Below are positions 8,646 through 17,337 of a stretch of DNA of 42,183 nucleotides, in pieces (within the stretch, counting starts at the first letter, position 1; the number at the start of each line of letters is the position of its first letter). The translations under genes and the position numbers were made by a program. The stretch covers positions 1 through 42,183 of the forward strand of contig JAUZOW010000003.1 in the NCBI GenBank assembly GCA_030706225.1, read 5' to 3'. A model generated the notes under the pieces. The model had not been told where the DNA came from, did not search any database, and saw nothing but the letters and a program-made list of their open reading frames with translations. The DNA comes from Bacteroidota bacterium (GTDB lineage Bacteria; Bacteroidota; Bacteroidia; Bacteroidales; FEN-979).

Positions 8646-11600
8646 ATGAAAATAAGAAATTTTTTATGTATGCTGGCACTGGTTGTGCCGGGATTGTTTT
8701 ATGCTGAATTCGTTCATGCACAATGGAATACAAATACTTACGTCAACCTGATGATTTCTTCCTTATCCGATGATGATCAGCAATCCATAGCTACCACAGA
8801 TGGCAAAACATGGATCGCTTTTTACAGTCAGAATGGTAGTGACTATAATATGAGGGCACAATTGATCGATGCAAACGGAAATAAAATGCTGGGAACGGAT
8901 GGGATGCTTGTAAGCAGCCAGCCTACGGGATCAGCGACCTTTGTTTTTAATGTATGCATTGATGCCTCCAATAACCTGATCATTGCATGCCAGGATGAAC
9001 GTTCGGGAGGAGATCAGGCAGTGTTGTACAAAATTTCCCAATCCGGTACCCATTTATGGAGTTCTTCGGGTGTAATTCTGGGATCCGGTCTTGCTCCTTA
9101 TCCTGCTGTTTTATCGACAGGTGAAGTGGTTGTGGCCTGGAATGAGAGCAACAGCAATACGTTAAATATTCAGAAAATAACTACTTCCGGAACGCTTGCC
9201 TGGTCTACTCCGGTTCAGGTCATGGTCGGAACATCGACAACAACCCGCGGGCAAATTTTTCCCTGTACAGGCGGGAAGTTCAGTATGGTATTCCAGAAAA
9301 GAAGTTATGGGATCTCCACGACACTTTATGCCCAGATGTTTGATAACAACGGAACTTCCCAGTATACTGCAGTTCAGATATGTAATGAAACTACCAGCGG
9401 CGCCCGGTATTATTCAATTACAGGAGAAGGGGATGTTACCTATTTCGGATATTACAGTTCATCAAGCAATCGATTTAACTCCTACATTCAGCGCATTAAT
9501 GCCGACGGGAGTCTTCCCTGGGGAATAAACGGATCTCATTTCAATACAAGTACCAGCTCCGGCGACAATTACCAGGTAGAGACCAATATCGCGCAAACCA
9601 ATGGCTCTTCCTATATATGGGCAGTTGCCACTTTTTGTGATCCGAATCAGACCATTTATGGCGTTTATGTGCAGAAATTTATCAAAACAACCGGAGCACG
9701 GCAATTTACCGATCAGGGGAAAGTGGTTTATGCCGTCAGTGCCAATTGTGACAGGCAGGAAGGAGATATTGCCCTGGTTTCGGATACTCCAATGTTCATG
9801 AGTTATGATGTCTCGGAAAAGATCTATGCAACCCGTTTGGATGCTTCAGGAAATTTCGTCTGGAATCCATTCAGGGTTGAAATCAGTTCGACCACAGCCA
9901 CTGCTTCGGTCCCGAAAATGAGATACGGATTTACTCCCGACGGGCCTAACCGCTGTGCCGGCGTCTGGACGGAAAACAGAGGTTCCGGCTATAGAGGTTA
10001 TGCACAGGGAATTACCATAGGAGGACTTATCGGCCTTCACGTAGCTACCCAGAATAATGTTCCGCCTGTTATTTCTACATCCGGGGGAACGCTACAAATG
10101 GTCGATACAATAATCCCGGCAACCGCCAGCCAGAGCGTTACATGGAGCATTGTTCCCGGAACAGGACAGGCATCTATCAACACGACCGGTTTGGTTACTG
10201 CCATTTCCAACGGCACAGTATGGGCTAAAGCTGTGGCTGTACAGGATGTTACATTGAAAGATTCCCTGATGATCACAATCTCAAATCAGAGTTCCCCTCT
10301 CGTCACAACTACTGCAGCTACCAATATCGGACTTTACACTGCTACAGTCAACGGGACTGTCAACGCCAATAATTTCACCTGTACGGTGACGTTTGACTGG
10401 GGACTTACCACATCATATGGAAATACAGCAACTGCAACCCCACCGACAGTCACCGGAAATACCGTTGTACCGGTGCTTGCAAACCTTTCAGGACTAACAA
10501 CGAATACGGTGTATCATTTCCGGTGTAAGGCCACAAACTCCTACGGGACTACTTACGGACAGGACCTGACTTTTACGACTGCCTGCATTCCGGTGGGCGC
10601 TGCAGGACCGATAACCGGGCCGGCCAGTGTCTGTGCCAACTCGACAGGTAAAGTATATTCTGTCGATTCAGTATCCAACGCGACTTCCTATCTCTGGACA
10701 CTCCCATCCGGAGCATATATTACCAACGGACAAAATACACGGACCATTACCGTTACTTTCGGCGCTGTTTCCGGCAACATTTCTGTCTCCGGATCCAACG
10801 GATGCAATAGTGGCACATCCTCTTCCCTTGCTGTCACAGTGATTCCATCACCTGTACCGACGATAACCGGACCGAATTCCGCTTGCGTAAGCACGAATGC
10901 TGTCACCTATTCTACGGAAGCAGGAATGAACAGCTATGCATGGACAATCTCTTCCGGAGGAACGATCATTTCAGGCACCGGTACCAATCAGATTTCTGTT
11001 CAATGGACGGCGGCAGGATCTCAGTCGCTCACAGTGACCTATGCTTCTCCGGAAGGATGTACACCGTTTGCTCCCGCTTTTCTGGGAGTTACGGTAAATG
11101 CGGTTCCGGATCCGGCCGGAGCTGTTACAGGCCTTTCAACCGTATGTGCGGGACAGCAAGGAGTGGTATATTCCATTGATTCAGTTGCCAATGCGATAAG
11201 CTATGTCTGGAATGTTCCTACCGGAGGAACCATCGCTACCGGACAGGGCACCAGCTCAATTACCGTGAATTATGCTAATACTGCAACATCCGGTAATGTC
11301 ACCGTTTATGCTTCCAATTCCTGCGGCGACGGCCAGTCATCTTCCATGCCGGTTTCAGTTAACCCGATACCTCCTGCACCGGTAATCACTCTGAATTACA
11401 TGACGATACTGTCCAGCAATACTGCCACAGGAAATCAATGGTACAAAGACGGCTCTGCTATAACCGGAGCGACAGGACAGACCTGGAATTGTCAGCTAAC
11501 CGGTAACGGCTGGTACTGGGATGTTGTTTCACTGGAAGGTTGTTCGTCAGATACTTCGAATAATATTTATGTGATTGTCGAAGGAATCGGAAATTACCCG

Positions 11601-11855
11601 GAAAATACTTTCAGTATTTATCCGAATCCAAGTAACGGAAGGTTCTTCATTCTTGGAAACGGAAGTATTTCAGGGAATTTCGATATGTATGTGATAAATT
11701 CAATCGGAGCAAAAGTTTATTCCGCGAAGGATATAAATATCAACCGCCGGACACCGGCCACTATAGATCTGAGTTCTCTCACAACAGGACTCTATTCGGT
11801 CATTCTGCAGAACAACAATATCTGGATTATTAAGAAGGTTCTAATAGAAAAATAG
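8646..11855 (+). CDS. Large T9SS type A cargo protein with Ig-like (Big_2/FN3/PKD-like) domains
   Basis: Signal peptide MKIRNFLCMLALVVPGLFYAEFVHA from ATG 8646, Thr/Ser/Gly-rich Ig-like repeats (GPITGPASVC...WTLPSG-type) and CTD IYPNPSNG...GLYSVIL...KKVLIEK. Confidence 0.88.
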   Translation: MKIRNFLCMLALVVPGLFYAEFVHAQWNTNTYVNLMISSLSDDDQQSIATTDGKTWIAFYSQNGSDYNMRAQLIDANGNKMLGTDGMLVSSQPTGSATFVFNVCIDASNNLIIACQDERSGGDQAVLYKISQSGTHLWSSSGVILGSGLAPYPAVLSTGEVVVAWNESNSNTLNIQKITTSGTLAWSTPVQVMVGTSTTTRGQIFPCTGGKFSMVFQKRSYGISTTLYAQMFDNNGTSQYTAVQICNETTSGARYYSITGEGDVTYFGYYSSSSNRFNSYIQRINADGSLPWGINGSHFNTSTSSGDNYQVETNIAQTNGSSYIWAVATFCDPNQTIYGVYVQKFIKTTGARQFTDQGKVVYAVSANCDRQEGDIALVSDTPMFMSYDVSEKIYATRLDASGNFVWNPFRVEISSTTATASVPKMRYGFTPDGPNRCAGVWTENRGSGYRGYAQGITIGGLIGLHVATQNNVPPVISTSGGTLQMVDTIIPATASQSVTWSIVPGTGQASINTTGLVTAISNGTVWAKAVAVQDVTLKDSLMITISNQSSPLVTTTAATNIGLYTATVNGTVNANNFTCTVTFDWGLTTSYGNTATATPPTVTGNTVVPVLANLSGLTTNTVYHFRCKATNSYGTTYGQDLTFTTACIPVGAAGPITGPASVCANSTGKVYSVDSVSNATSYLWTLPSGAYITNGQNTRTITVTFGAVSGNISVSGSNGCNSGTSSSLAVTVIPSPVPTITGPNSACVSTNAVTYSTEAGMNSYAWTISSGGTIISGTGTNQISVQWTAAGSQSLTVTYASPEGCTPFAPAFLGVTVNAVPDPAGAVTGLSTVCAGQQGVVYSIDSVANAISYVWNVPTGGTIATGQGTSSITVNYANTATSGNVTVYASNSCGDGQSSSMPVSVNPIPPAPVITLNYMTILSSNTATGNQWYKDGSAITGATGQTWNCQLTGNGWYWDVVSLEGCSSDTSNNIYVIVEGIGNYPENTFSIYPNPSNGRFFILGNGSISGNFDMYVINSIGAKVYSAKDININRRTPATIDLSSLTTGLYSVILQNNNIWIIKKVLIEK

Positions 11856-11900
11856 CTGCAGAGATTTCCGGAACAGGAAAATATTGCGATAATCCGGATT

Positions 11901-11975
11901 TTTCCGGCGTTCGTTGCCAGATTTCCGGCGTTTAATAAGTCGCTGATTTTTTTTCAAAACCGGGTTATATTTTTG
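11901..11975 (+). promoter_or_regulatory. LytTR-type direct repeat (TTTCCGGCGTT at 11901 and 11922, 21-bp period) plus -7 element TATTTTTG (11968-11975)
   Basis: Exact 11-bp direct repeat two helical turns apart, the geometry known for LytTR sites, upstream of a consensus TAnnTTTG. Confidence 0.65.
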
Positions 11976-11997
11976 TTCCTGTTTCACAGATTAATAA

Positions 11998-12111
11998 ATT
12001 ATCTCTGCCCTAGTTGCTGCATTATCATCTCTTCCACTGTCCCGGAAAATTAGGGGGGTTCATTAGCTCTATTAAAAGAGGGGAGGAACACCGGGGCAGG
12101 GCAGAGATAAT
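11998..12111 (+). ncRNA. Candidate structured ncRNA, copy 1 (family not recognised)
   Basis: 14-bp closing stem 11998-12011/12098-12111 and inner stem GTCCCGG 12039-12045/CCGGGGC 12091-12097 (U-G wobble favours the + strand). Sequence blocks are shared with 17030-17130; promoter upstream and terminator downstream. Confidence 0.7.
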
Positions 12112-12150
12112 CGATTTAAATTCCTCATTTTCCTTGTTTGTTATTTTGTC

Positions 12151-12183
12151 CCGTCACCAGAAAGGTGACGGAGCTTTTTATTT
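12151..12183 (+). terminator. Rho-independent terminator
   Basis: CCGTCACC-agaaa-GGTGACGG followed by agcTTTTTATTT. Confidence 0.75.
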
Positions 12184-12318
12184 AAACAGAAGAAAATCTG
12201 ATAAATGGGCATTTCTTCTTCCGGAATTTTACACAAAAGTGTAATGTTTCTGTAGACAAATGATACGCTGGCAGGCATTTTCAGGCTGATTAACTTTATC
12301 GCTCCTAAACCTTCTTGA

Positions 12319-13176
12319 ATGGATACCGAAAGTTTAATAGCCCAAATATATTCCCGGAAGCCTGAAAAAAAAACATCCTGCATCATGATTGATGATGAGG
12401 AATCAGCAAAGGAATCCTTTAAGGAAATCATAAGAGAATATTTTACAGATCGGCTTGTACTTCTTGGAACTGCCGGGTCCGTTAAGGATGGAGTAAACCT
12501 GGTCCGACATTACAACCCGGACATTATTTTCCTTAATATTGAACTACCGATAGAATGTGGATTTAAGCTGTTTAATTATTTCCCTGATTGTTCTTTTGAA
12601 GTCATCTTTACCACTTCTTTCAAACATTATACCATTGAAGCCATTAAATACTCTCCGATAGACTACCTTCTGAAACCCATCGATTATTTGGATCTGAAAA
12701 ATGTAATGGACCGGTATGAAAAAAAAATGCGGGATTATTCGGTTCGTCTGAAATTAGAAAAGCTCCTTTCAAACCTTTCTGCCGGAGCTGATATTAATCA
12801 GAAAGTAGCTCTTCCAATAACAGATGGATTTCAGATGGAAAAGATCAATGATATCATGTATTGCGAGGGAGATCTTAACTATTCCAGGATCCACACATCC
12901 GATGAACGAGTGTTCGTCGTTTCCCGGACGCTGAAAGAGATTGAAGGAATGCTGGATACTCCGTATTTCTTCCGTATCCATAAATCGTATCTTATCAACA
13001 TGAATTATGTTAAAATGTATTCCCGAAACGATAGCTATGGCATTTTCCTTGAAAATAATGAATGGCTGCCTGTTTCTACCCGTAGAAAAGATGAGTTTGT
13101 AACGGTTCTGACAAACTGGAGAAATAATATGGTGGGGAGAACGGGTAATGTCATGCATTCCTTGAATCATCATTGA
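12319..13176 (+). CDS. LytTR family response regulator with atypical receiver (phospho-acceptor Asp replaced by Asn)
   Basis: REC motifs IDDE, PDIIFLNIELP, DYLLKP and LytTR motifs SRTLKEIE, FFRIHKSYLINM, LPVSTRRK. Confidence 0.9.
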   Translation: MDTESLIAQIYSRKPEKKTSCIMIDDEESAKESFKEIIREYFTDRLVLLGTAGSVKDGVNLVRHYNPDIIFLNIELPIECGFKLFNYFPDCSFEVIFTTSFKHYTIEAIKYSPIDYLLKPIDYLDLKNVMDRYEKKMRDYSVRLKLEKLLSNLSAGADINQKVALPITDGFQMEKINDIMYCEGDLNYSRIHTSDERVFVVSRTLKEIEGMLDTPYFFRIHKSYLINMNYVKMYSRNDSYGIFLENNEWLPVSTRRKDEFVTVLTNWRNNMVGRTGNVMHSLNHH

Positions 13177-13388
13177 TCCCTGTTCCGGAAAAATTTCTTT
13201 GCCATACGGTTTCCCTGTTTCATGATAAATACCTGAATTTTTCTGTAACGAATCCATACTGAATTGAGGGTATTGAATTATATTTACATCACATTGCCTG
13301 AAATGAAGAAATACGGGTTCCGGTACATATAGGTAAAAAAATCACCCCGGCAGGGGAAACAGTATATTAATCATCAAAAACAAACATC

Positions 13389-14090
13389 ATGAAAAAGTAT
13401 GCTGCAGAGTTTATCGGAACCTTTTGCCTGGTATTTTTTGGCTGTGGTTCTGCAGTGATTGCCGGAATAACCGGTACCGGACCGAGTGGGATCGGATTAT
13501 TGGGCATCGCCATTGCTTTTGGTTTTGCTGTAGTTGCTATGGCATATGCTATCGGCAACATTTCGGGTTGTCATATCAATCCTGCTGTTACAATCGGAGT
13601 CCTTGCAGCCGGGAAAATGAGCTGGAAGGATGCAATCTTCTATATCATCGGCCAATGCCTTGGAGCAATCCTTGGTTCGGCTGTACTTTATCTCATTGTA
13701 TCTGGACGGCCAGGCTTTACAATGACTGAATGGGGACTTGGCTCCAATGGATGGGGACCCGGATATAACGGAGAATTCACGACAGTGAGCGCTTTTGTTA
13801 TTGAAACGGTCATGACCTTTATCTTCATTTTTGTAATTCTTGCCACTACTTCAAAAACCGGGAACACTACAATGGCCGGATTAGCCATTGGGGTCACACT
13901 GATGCTTATTCATCTTGTCACTATCCCGGTAACCGGTACATCCGTAAACCCTGCCCGTAGTCTTGGACCTGCTATCTTTGCCGGTGGAAATGCACTCGCT
14001 CAGCTCTGGCTGTTCATTCTTGCTCCCATCCTTGGCGCCTTAATAGCTGCCCTGGTTTGGAAAACAGGGTTTGAAAACGAAAAGAAATAA
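13389..14090 (+). CDS. aqpZ: Aquaporin Z (MIP family)
   Basis: AEFIGTF, ISGCHINPAVT and GTSVNPARS (two NPA motifs). Confidence 0.92.
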   Translation: MKKYAAEFIGTFCLVFFGCGSAVIAGITGTGPSGIGLLGIAIAFGFAVVAMAYAIGNISGCHINPAVTIGVLAAGKMSWKDAIFYIIGQCLGAILGSAVLYLIVSGRPGFTMTEWGLGSNGWGPGYNGEFTTVSAFVIETVMTFIFIFVILATTSKTGNTTMAGLAIGVTLMLIHLVTIPVTGTSVNPARSLGPAIFAGGNALAQLWLFILAPILGALIAALVWKTGFENEKK

Positions 14091-14111
14091 CCATTAAATG
14101 GGGAAGGACCT

Positions 14112-17030
14112 ATGAAAAAAACTTTTAAAATCATCGGAATTTTCTTTGCTGTTGTTCTCGTATTGTTCCTTTTTTTAGTTCTTTCCCCTTTTATTTTCAG
14201 GGAGAAATTTTCTGAAATAGTTAAAAATACCGCCAATAAATCCCTAAAGACGGAAATGAACTATTCGAAACTGGATATTTCATTTTTACGCCATTTCCCC
14301 AATCTTACCATTTCACTGGAAGATTTCTCCCTGAAATCTTCGGCTCCCTTTTCAAGAGACACCCTCATCAGTGCCCGGGAGATTTCCTTCGGCATTAACC
14401 TGGCCAGCATTTTCCATGGGCCTGTCCGGATCGATAAAGTTTATTTAAACCGTGGACGTATTGTTCTGAAATACAATGAAAAAGGTGCATCGAATTTTGA
14501 TGTGGTCAGATCTTCTTCAGATACTGTAAAAACTGCTCAAACAACTCCTGCCGGGATTGCTAATATAAAAATTGAGCATATTATTGTATCCAAAACCAAC
14601 CTGATCTACAGCGACCCTTACATTCCAATGGAGATTAAAGTGCAGGGCCTCAATTACAGTGGGAAATGCGATATCACGCAGGACATCCTTCACCTGAAAT
14701 CAAGAGTGAGGATTGATTCCATTTCCGTCAGGTATGACCAGTATCAAATTGTCAGGTCAAAGCCGGTCAAGGCTAACCTGACTACCAGTATCAACCTGAA
14801 TTCTTTCGATATGAAATTTGAAAAGAATGATCTTCATATCAAGGATATTCCTTTTGAATTCCGGGGGGAATTTAATTTCCGGAAAGGCGGATACGCGTTT
14901 TCGTTATCCCTTTATTCGACAATGGGGGATGAATATCTGGGAGGGTATCTCTGGCTGATCAGCGAAAAAAACCTTTGGATCTATGTCAAAGCCGGAGCTA
15001 AGGCTAACCTTGAAAACTGGGCGAAGGGATTTGGAATTCGTGATGTTGATCTGAAAGGACTCTTTACCCTGAAAGTAGATGCTGAAGGAGAATATATTAC
15101 CGGACAAAATCCCGAAAGCAGAAAACCAGATACCATCCCTCTGAGCATTCCTAAATTCAGTGTGTCTTCTGATCTGAAGAACGGATATCTTCATTTCAGA
15201 AAAGTTCCGCAGGCAATTTCTAACATTTCCTTCAACCTGACTGCATCCTGTTCCAATAACGATTACCGTACCGTAAACCTGCAATTGGAAAATCTTAAAG
15301 CCCGGTTCCTGAAAAACCAGATAGATGGCTATATCCGGGTTAATGGAATGGATCAGTTGCCTGTGGATGCCAGGGTGACTACTCATCTCGACCTCTCCGA
15401 ATTAAAGCAGGTCGTCCCGCTTGACAGCATGGATGTCAAGGGAATTCTGGATCTGGATCTTTCGGTAAAAGGCAATTATGCTCCGGAGAAGAAGTTGTTT
15501 CCACTTGCCAAGGTGAATATTGGACTTCAGAACGGATCGGTTCTCACAAAATATTACCCCCATCCGGTGGAGGATATCCAGGCTTCGGCAATACTTATCA
15601 ATCAGACAGGGAAGCTGGCAGATACCAAAATCAATCTTGATCCCCTTTCCTTCCGTTTTGAAGGGAATCCATTTGAAATCCATGCAAATCTTTCAAATCC
15701 TGAGAATCTGGATTATGCCGTAACGGCAAATGGATCCATAGATGTCGCAAGTATTTATAAAGTTTTTTCCCGGGAAGGAATGGATTTGAAAGGCTTTATA
15801 GCTGCCGACCTGAACCTGAAAGGACGCCAGAGTGATGCAATGGCCGGCCGGTATGAAAAATTGCACAACACAGGCAAACTGGTACTTCGTGATATTGCTT
15901 TTACTTCTGAATTTCTTCCCAAACCCTTTGTTGTAAAATCGGGGATATTCCGTTTTGAGAACGATAAGATTTGGTTTGACAAGTTTGTAAGCCGGTATGG
16001 AAATTCCGATCTGACCATGAACGGCCATCTGTTCAATGTACTGAATTACCTGCTGGTTCCCAAACAAAAGCTAAAAGGGAGCTTCGACCTGCATTCCGGA
16101 TATCTGGTAGTGGATGAATTTTTAGCTCCGGAAACGACAACATCGACGGCTCCGAAATCTGCCTCGTCATCTGAAGCAAAGAATGCATCTCAGGCTCCGG
16201 AGGGAGTTATTGTAATCCCGGATGATCTGGAGATCGGATTGAAAGCGGATGTTGGGAGGATAAGTTTTCAGAAACTGAATATTAAAGATCTGGATGCAGC
16301 GGTGGAAGTCAGAGATGGGATATTACATCTCAAATCCATGAGTTTCGATGTGATCGGTTGCAAGGTTAATATGGATGCTACTTACGGAAGTATCACTCCG
16401 GTGAGTGCCTATTTTGATTTTCATGTCAAAGCGGAAGATTTTGATATTAAAAAAGCATACGATGAAATTGAACTTTTCCGGAACCTGACCACTGCGGCCG
16501 GGAAATGTGAAGGGACCGTTTCTCTGGATTATTCACTTAAGGGGAAACTGAAAAGTGGGATGGAACCCATTTATCCGTCTCTTGACGGCGGAGGAACCCT
16601 TTCCCTGAAAAAAGTAAAAGTAATGGGCTTAAAGCTTTTTACTCAAATGAGCAAAAACCTGGATCGGGAAAAGATCAATAATCCGGATCTTTCCAAAGTG
16701 GAAATAAAAACCACGATCAAAAATAATGTCATTTCCGTTGAAAAAACAAAATTGAAATTCGCCGGTTTTCGTTTTAAAGTGTCAGGGGAGACTAATTTTA
16801 ACGGAAGCCTGAACCTTAAAGCCCGGTTGGGGTTACCGCCTCTCGGTATTTTCGGGATTCCTATCCGGATCCTTGGGACACAGGATAAGCCAAAATTTAA
16901 ATACGGTCGGGGAAATAATGATGAATCGGTAGAAGAAACGCAATATTCTGATACCATTCCTGCAGATGTACTTCAAAAGATTAAAAATGTTAAAGAAGAA
17001 GATCTGAAAGATGAAACGCCTGAAAAATAA
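14112..17030 (+). CDS. AsmA family / AsmA-like C-terminal region protein
   Basis: N-terminal membrane anchor, FLRHFPNLTISL motif and a long beta-rich body typical of Bacteroidota AsmA-like proteins. Confidence 0.8.
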   Translation: MKKTFKIIGIFFAVVLVLFLFLVLSPFIFREKFSEIVKNTANKSLKTEMNYSKLDISFLRHFPNLTISLEDFSLKSSAPFSRDTLISAREISFGINLASIFHGPVRIDKVYLNRGRIVLKYNEKGASNFDVVRSSSDTVKTAQTTPAGIANIKIEHIIVSKTNLIYSDPYIPMEIKVQGLNYSGKCDITQDILHLKSRVRIDSISVRYDQYQIVRSKPVKANLTTSINLNSFDMKFEKNDLHIKDIPFEFRGEFNFRKGGYAFSLSLYSTMGDEYLGGYLWLISEKNLWIYVKAGAKANLENWAKGFGIRDVDLKGLFTLKVDAEGEYITGQNPESRKPDTIPLSIPKFSVSSDLKNGYLHFRKVPQAISNISFNLTASCSNNDYRTVNLQLENLKARFLKNQIDGYIRVNGMDQLPVDARVTTHLDLSELKQVVPLDSMDVKGILDLDLSVKGNYAPEKKLFPLAKVNIGLQNGSVLTKYYPHPVEDIQASAILINQTGKLADTKINLDPLSFRFEGNPFEIHANLSNPENLDYAVTANGSIDVASIYKVFSREGMDLKGFIAADLNLKGRQSDAMAGRYEKLHNTGKLVLRDIAFTSEFLPKPFVVKSGIFRFENDKIWFDKFVSRYGNSDLTMNGHLFNVLNYLLVPKQKLKGSFDLHSGYLVVDEFLAPETTTSTAPKSASSSEAKNASQAPEGVIVIPDDLEIGLKADVGRISFQKLNIKDLDAAVEVRDGILHLKSMSFDVIGCKVNMDATYGSITPVSAYFDFHVKAEDFDIKKAYDEIELFRNLTTAAGKCEGTVSLDYSLKGKLKSGMEPIYPSLDGGGTLSLKKVKVMGLKLFTQMSKNLDREKINNPDLSKVEIKTTIKNNVISVEKTKLKFAGFRFKVSGETNFNGSLNLKARLGLPPLGIFGIPIRILGTQDKPKFKYGRGNNDESVEETQYSDTIPADVLQKIKNVKEEDLKDETPEK

Positions 17031-17130
17031 ATCTCTGCCTGTCCCGGCTCCCCTCCCCATTTGCAGAACCTGATTGTCTTGTGAAGCCGGGACTTATGGA
17101 AGAGTTGTCAAATTGTTTGAGGCAGAGATT
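17030..17130 (-). ncRNA. Candidate structured ncRNA, copy 2 (homolog of 11998-12111, opposite strand)
   Basis: The reverse complement reads aATCTCTGCCt..CTCTTCCA..GTCCCGG..GGTTC..GGGGAGG..CCGGGAC-aGGCAGAGATt. It has an 11-bp closing stem and an 11-bp inner stem whose U-G pair forms only on the - strand. Confidence 0.68.
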
Positions 17131-17337
17131 CTTTTTTGAAATTTTTAAAAATTATTTTTAAAAATTAAAAGTCGGAAAATATTTTACAAGGATTCTCAAA
17201 TATTCATTATTTCGATGGAAACCATTAAAATTGTTCAATATAGATTCAATTTTCTTTAGGAATTTTGTATTATTGCTTAAAAAGAATTAAAATGTTGGTC
17301 AATTATTATTTTTTTTTAGGAAGAAAATTGATTTGCC

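Noticed and set aside
12029-12090. Resemblance of copy 1 to a cobalamin riboswitch (ccactg; ggttc...ttaaaag)
   Set aside because: The motifs are in the wrong order, the GGGAA-GGTG core and B12 box are absent, copy 2 lacks ccactg, and no B12-related gene is nearby.
12014-12244. 76-aa ORF over the ncRNA (and ORF 16833..17060 overlapping copy 2)
   Set aside because: TTG start, runs through a terminator, and the reading frame is not conserved between the two element copies, whose linker indels are not multiples of three.
17030-17130. Interpretation as 6S RNA, tRNA or a simple terminator
   Set aside because: No cloverleaf and no symmetric central bubble, because the two stems abut on the 3' side. 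The 79-nt interior with conserved blocks is not a simple terminator. A 6S variant cannot be formally excluded without cmscan.
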